A stretch of DNA of 64,000 nucleotides from an uncultured Acidimicrobiaceae bacterium (GTDB lineage Bacteria > Actinomycetota > Acidimicrobiia > Acidimicrobiales > RAAP-2): contig CAWDPT010000003.1 in the NCBI GenBank assembly GCA_963804325.1, forward strand, positions 84,267 to 148,266, read 5' to 3'. Positions 60,091 through 64,000 of this stretch are shown piece after piece. Positions within the stretch are counted from its first letter, which is position 1. Each line of letters begins with the position of its first letter. Position numbers and translations under genes: made by a program. The notes under the pieces were generated by a model that saw only the letters and a program-made list of their open reading frames with translations, made no database searches and was not told where the DNA came from.

Positions 60091-60702
60091 ATGGCGATCA
60101 CCGAACGATTGCGTACCCATGCGCCCCGCGTCGCGGCGGCTCCCACGATGCTTCGTCTCGCTCTGGTCGCTTCGTTCATGTTGAGCGTCTTCATCACCGA
60201 CAGCGACGTCGCGAGCGCGGCGAGTGGCTGCAGGTCAAGCGGTTATGCCTGCACGATCGACGGCTACGACGCGAGCACGATGAACAACAGCTGGGCCGCC
60301 AAGTATTACGGGAGTGACACGAAAGGCGGCATCGGTACGCCCCCGCACAACTGCACGATGTTCGCGGCATGGATGCTCGCACACAACGGACTCCCCGATC
60401 CCGGGCGCTCGTGGGGCTACGCGAATCAGTGGGGCTTCACCCTGTCGGCCGAAACGAATCACACCCCGGCGGTCGGCGCGATCGCCTGGTACGACGGTCC
60501 GGGCATGGGCCACGTGGCCTACGTCGCGCGCGTGAATTGGTCAAATCACACGGTTTTCCTCGTCTCGGACAACTACGCCGGCGGGACCGAGGGCTACACG
60601 TCCAACGAGTGGGCGCCGTTCAGCGAACCCACGGGGTACATCCACGTACGCGATCTCAGTCCGCAGCCGTTGGCGGACCGACGACTTAAGCACGTCTCGT
60701 AG
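60091..60702 (+). CDS. Secreted CHAP-domain peptidoglycan hydrolase
   Basis: Signal peptide, NCTMFAAW (catalytic Cys), WGYANQW, PAVGAIAW, GHVAYV and YIH. Confidence 0.85.
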   Translation: MAITERLRTHAPRVAAAPTMLRLALVASFMLSVFITDSDVASAASGCRSSGYACTIDGYDASTMNNSWAAKYYGSDTKGGIGTPPHNCTMFAAWMLAHNGLPDPGRSWGYANQWGFTLSAETNHTPAVGAIAWYDGPGMGHVAYVARVNWSNHTVFLVSDNYAGGTEGYTSNEWAPFSEPTGYIHVRDLSPQPLADRRLKHVS

Positions 60703-60725
60703 TCACCGCCCTGGACGTCGGTCTC

Positions 60726-61313
60726 TTAGATCGCCGACTCGCACGACCACTGGCTCCAGCCGTCGCGCGCGTACAACAGGGCTGCCGCGCGAACGTTCAG
60801 CACGGGGTTGAAGGCCAGATTGAGGTTCTTGGGGTTCTGTCCGATCCTCGCCATCAGATACTGCTCGGTGCCACCGTCGTTCAGCTGAAAGAGTCCGCGG
60901 TCGTGCGTGCCGTTACTGTCAAAGCCGATGTCGTCGGCGCGAAACTTCGATTCGCACCACGCCACGGCCTCGGCGTCGTGCCAGGCTCGGGCCGGAAAGT
61001 CCTGGTGAATGAGGGTGACGACGCGGTCGTCGCTCGGCGTCGGGTGGGGCGTGAAGTCAGCGAGCTCAGCCACCAGCGCGACCGGGTGGCGAGGATGTGC
61101 GAGTGCCGCGATGTGACGAACGGGTGACGACGCGATGGTGAGTGCCGGCACGCCACGAATCGGCGTGCCGATGCGAGCGTTGATTGCAGTTGTCGCCGCC
61201 GTCGATGAAGTCGACGACGCGCTCAACGAGATGATCAACACCACCAGCGTCGTCCAAATTGCACCCTGTGAAAGCGTCGGGACGCGTTTCAATCGTTTGC
61301 GTGCCTGTAACAT
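60726..61313 (-). CDS. Secreted lytic transglycosylase (SLT/lysozyme-like)
   Basis: N-terminal TM/signal, AVAWCES (catalytic Glu), GLFQ, NVRAA and GWSQW. Confidence 0.85.
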   Translation of the reverse strand: MLQARKRLKRVPTLSQGAIWTTLVVLIISLSASSTSSTAATTAINARIGTPIRGVPALTIASSPVRHIAALAHPRHPVALVAELADFTPHPTPSDDRVVTLIHQDFPARAWHDAEAVAWCESKFRADDIGFDSNGTHDRGLFQLNDGGTEQYLMARIGQNPKNLNLAFNPVLNVRAAALLYARDGWSQWSCESAI

Positions 61314-61626
61314 CTCAAATCCTCCGCCTGATTGTTTGTGTCGCCCTCGACGACAGTTGAGAACCGCTCAGGACTCGTGGTCCACGGTTCGAGACCTACC
61401 GCCGAGGTATGGCACAACGGCCACCTCTTGGATGACTAAGCGGTTGGAATCACCATTTTACGGCTCGAGATTCCGAAAAAGTCGCCGAAATGAGAAACGG
61501 CGCGTCAATCCGCTAGATTAAAGGCCTCTCGGCGCAAAAGTTGTTAAAAGTCAGCCCGAAAATCGCCACTTTTAGGGTGAACCCACCATTTGGGCCGTTG
61601 TGTGCTACGGCCGGTCGCAGCGACGT

Positions 61627-62778
61627 TCAAGAAGTGAAGAGCTCTTCCAAACAGTCGCGCGCCGAACCCGTCGAAGCGATCTCTTCAGCAATCACTTGGG
61701 CCGCGAGTGCGTACGAGCTCTTTGCGAGCACCTCTTTGACCGCCGCGCGGATGCGCGGGACGTCGGTCGCTTCGATCGCGCGAAAGCCTGGCTCGGACTT
61801 CAAGCCGACGTCGACGACGACGCCGGCGCCCGCGACGGTGATCAGTTTCGCGTTCGTTCGTTGATCGGCGAACATCGGCACGAAGACGATCGGCAGTCCG
61901 GCCGCGAGCGCGCCGTAGGTCGTACCGGATCCACCGTGACAGAGCACCATCGACGCGAACGGGAAGACCGACTCCTGGGGGACCCAGGACTCCACGGTCA
62001 CGTTCGGGGGGACCGCCCCGAGCGCCTTGGGGTTGAAACCCTTGCCGGTCGTGACCAGGACGCGGGCGTCGAGGCCTGTCACGGCGTCAATCGCCCTCTG
62101 AAAGGCCGAAAAAGCGGTGTCGAGGCCCCCGGCGACCGAGCCAAAGGTCAGGTAAATCAACGGTCCGCTGCCGTGAGCCCAGGGACCGGGCTCGACCGGG
62201 CTCGACTCGACGTCCTCGCGGTAGCGCAACGTATTCGGGAACGGCGACGGGTCGAGGCTCGTGGGCATGCGCGACAGGTAGCGGGTCTGGCGCAACACCT
62301 TTTCCATACCGTCTTCGAAGTCGTCGAGGATCGACCCGACGAGTCCGATGACGCTCCACTCCGTTCGCGCGGTCGATATCGCCACTTGGGCGTGATGAAT
62401 GGAATGACGTCGCGCCGCGATCGCGCCGGCGTAGGCGCAGGGCTCACGAAGGATCAGGTCCGGTTTGAACTTCTCGCAGGCCGCCTCGACGGTCGAGAGC
62501 ATCGCCTCGGTCGACAGACGCCCGAAGAACTCACCGTCCAACAGTCGCGTCGCGTTGGCGTGCGACTGTCGCGCCGCTCGACGCCAGAGCTCTTTGGACT
62601 TCGCGGGGTCCGGTGGGTCACTGAGGTAGTGCTCGACCCCGAGCGCCTCGACCTCTTTGGCGAGGCTGGGCGGCACCACCACGAACGGTTCGTCGCCTCG
62701 CTCACGAGCGGCCTCGATGAAGGGCACCAAGGGATTGAAGTGCCCCGCCAGGCCTGTCGAACAGATGAGCAGTCGCAT
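61627..62778 (-). CDS. GT1 family glycosyltransferase
   Basis: GHFNPL, YLTFGS, WVPQ, HGGSGT and ADQRTNA. Confidence 0.9.
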   Translation of the reverse strand: MRLLICSTGLAGHFNPLVPFIEAARERGDEPFVVVPPSLAKEVEALGVEHYLSDPPDPAKSKELWRRAARQSHANATRLLDGEFFGRLSTEAMLSTVEAACEKFKPDLILREPCAYAGAIAARRHSIHHAQVAISTARTEWSVIGLVGSILDDFEDGMEKVLRQTRYLSRMPTSLDPSPFPNTLRYREDVESSPVEPGPWAHGSGPLIYLTFGSVAGGLDTAFSAFQRAIDAVTGLDARVLVTTGKGFNPKALGAVPPNVTVESWVPQESVFPFASMVLCHGGSGTTYGALAAGLPIVFVPMFADQRTNAKLITVAGAGVVVDVGLKSEPGFRAIEATDVPRIRAAVKEVLAKSSYALAAQVIAEEIASTGSARDCLEELFTS

Positions 62779-62831
62779 CGCCTCGCCATTTTGCCAGCCG
62801 CGGCGGGGCCGCGGGATTTTCTAGGGGAACG

Positions 62832-63572
62832 TCAGTTCTGGGCCGAAGCGAAGCCGATCGGCGACGCTTCCTTCGGGGAAAAGAGGGCCCGGTGGGCAAG
62901 GGCGGCCAAGGCACCACCCACGAGGGGCGCAACGATGAAGAGCCAGACCTGGTGCAACGACGTGCCGCCGACGATCAGGGCCGGCCCGAGCGCACGCGCC
63001 GGGTTGACCGATGTCCCGGTGATCGGGATGCCGATGAGGTGCACGACGGTGAGCGTCAGACCGATCACGAGACCGGCCGTCGAGGGATTGGCCGTCGAGG
63101 TGGTGACACCGAGGATCACGAACACGAAGAGGGCCGTGAGGATGACCTCGGCGATGAATGCGCCGCCGGCCCCGACGTGGATGAAACTCCCCGCCCCCCA
63201 TCCGTCGGTGCCGAGACCGGTGGTCGTTCGGTGATAGAGCGGCGACGTCGAGAACACGCCCCAGAGCGCGAGGGCCCCGATGAATCCACCGATGAACTGG
63301 GCGGCCCAGTAGTACGACGCGTCGCGCAGCGAGATCCGTCCAGCCACCAACGCCCCCAGGGTGACCGCCGGGTTGACGTGGCAGCCGGAGATCGGGCCGA
63401 GCACGTAGGCGAGCGCGAGCAGCGTGAGTCCGAAGGCGAGCGCGGTGGCGACGACGCCCGCGATGAATGAGCTGCCGTCGGCCTTGAAACCGAACGTGAG
63501 CGTCGCGACACCCACTGCGAAAAAGACCAGCAGTGCGGTCCCGAGCAACTCCGCTGAGAACTTACGAACCAT
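62832..63572 (-). CDS. aqpZ: Aquaporin (MIP family)
   Basis: ISGCHVNPAVT and TSVNPAR (two NPA boxes). Confidence 0.9.
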   Translation of the reverse strand: MVRKFSAELLGTALLVFFAVGVATLTFGFKADGSSFIAGVVATALAFGLTLLALAYVLGPISGCHVNPAVTLGALVAGRISLRDASYYWAAQFIGGFIGALALWGVFSTSPLYHRTTTGLGTDGWGAGSFIHVGAGGAFIAEVILTALFVFVILGVTTSTANPSTAGLVIGLTLTVVHLIGIPITGTSVNPARALGPALIVGGTSLHQVWLFIVAPLVGGALAALAHRALFSPKEASPIGFASAQN

Positions 63573-63604
63573 TATTTCCCCCCTAGGTACACCGTGGCCA
63601 AAGG

Positions 63605-64000
63605 CTATCCGTCCTCGTCGCGGGCGTCGCTGACGGCGCTTCGGGCGCACAGCTCTTCGAAGCGCTCGCGCGAAAAGGCGTAGGAGAAGAACGAGCCGGC
63701 CACGATCTCGACGTAGCGGGCCTCGCTCGGGGTCGCCACCCAGTCCTCGGGCGAGGCGTCGTAGACGTCGCTCCAGTAGTGACGTATCGCATCGGCTTCG
63801 CCCGGACCTCCTTGTACCATCCGCGCGCGTCCGTGGACGAATATCCCCACGTCGTCACCGACGACGTGGGCGCCGCTGATCGCCGGTCGCCGCTCGAGGT
63901 GGTGGGCTTTGAGCGACGCCCCACTCGTGGAGAACCAGAAACGACCGTGGAGGAACAGTCCGTCGACGGCCGAGCACCTCGGCTCACCTTCTGACGTGAC
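63605..64000 (-). CDS. Pyridoxamine 5'-phosphate oxidase family protein (5'-truncated)
   Basis: VTSEGEPRCSAVDGLFLHGRFWFST...KAHHLERRPAIS...VHGRA. Confidence 0.75.
   Translation of the reverse strand, partial: VTSEGEPRCSAVDGLFLHGRFWFSTSGASLKAHHLERRPAISGAHVVGDDVGIFVHGRARMVQGGPGEADAIRHYWSDVYDASPEDWVATPSEARYVEIVAGSFFSYAFSRERFEELCARSAVSDARDEDG

Noticed and set aside
60091-61313. Prophage lysis cassette
   Set aside because: No holin, structural, terminase or integrase genes nearby; both proteins have N-terminal export signals.
61362-61445. SAM-I riboswitch (ATCCAAGAGGTGG...ACCTCGGC resemblance) or ydaO riboswitch
   Set aside because: It lacks the kink-turn, the GCAACC/GGTGC P3 and the P1 3' GAU of SAM-I, and the ydaO GGGGA/TCAGCTAAC boxes; the downstream gene is unrelated to sulfur metabolism.
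41361-63600. Genomic island integrated at tRNA-Leu
   Set aside because: The gene content looks accessory, but I found no integrase or duplicated tRNA 3' end by eye.
1-64000. Many long alternative-frame or antisense ORFs (e.g. 10680-12119, 55575-56981, 61600-63234)
   Set aside because: They are shadow ORFs of high-GC coding DNA, overlapping well-supported genes, with Arg/Pro-rich junk composition.

Overview
A high-GC actinobacterial chromosome segment. Gene content and order suggest Acidimicrobiia (inference, not a database result). From left to right it holds: a partial M20 amidohydrolase; a ROK kinase followed by a compact five-gene type IV secretion/conjugation-like operon (pilin, VirB6/TrbL-like, PrgI/SCO6880-like, VirB4-like, VirD4-like) with no relaxase, integrase or att site visible; senX3-regX3; serS; cytochrome oxidase/heme A biogenesis genes; a 1.5-kb islet between tRNA-Ala(TGC) and a displaced 3' tRNA fragment; tRNA-Ile(GAT) followed by a frameshift-rich accessory block; a Ku/LigD NHEJ operon; lipid-metabolism genes; the fhaA-fhaB-pstP-pbpA-pknB-crgA cluster, which lacks rodA and pknA; tRNA-Leu(CAG); and an accessory region with hydrolases, a stand-alone VioB-type ferritin-like protein, a 1097-aa surface protein, katG, a cyclase-STAND-TPR protein, two peptidoglycan hydrolases (one with a structured leader), a glycosyltransferase and an aquaporin. 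Frameshifts also hit likely-essential genes, so many are probably sequencing or assembly indels. No CRISPR array, rRNA, transposase or integrase was seen.
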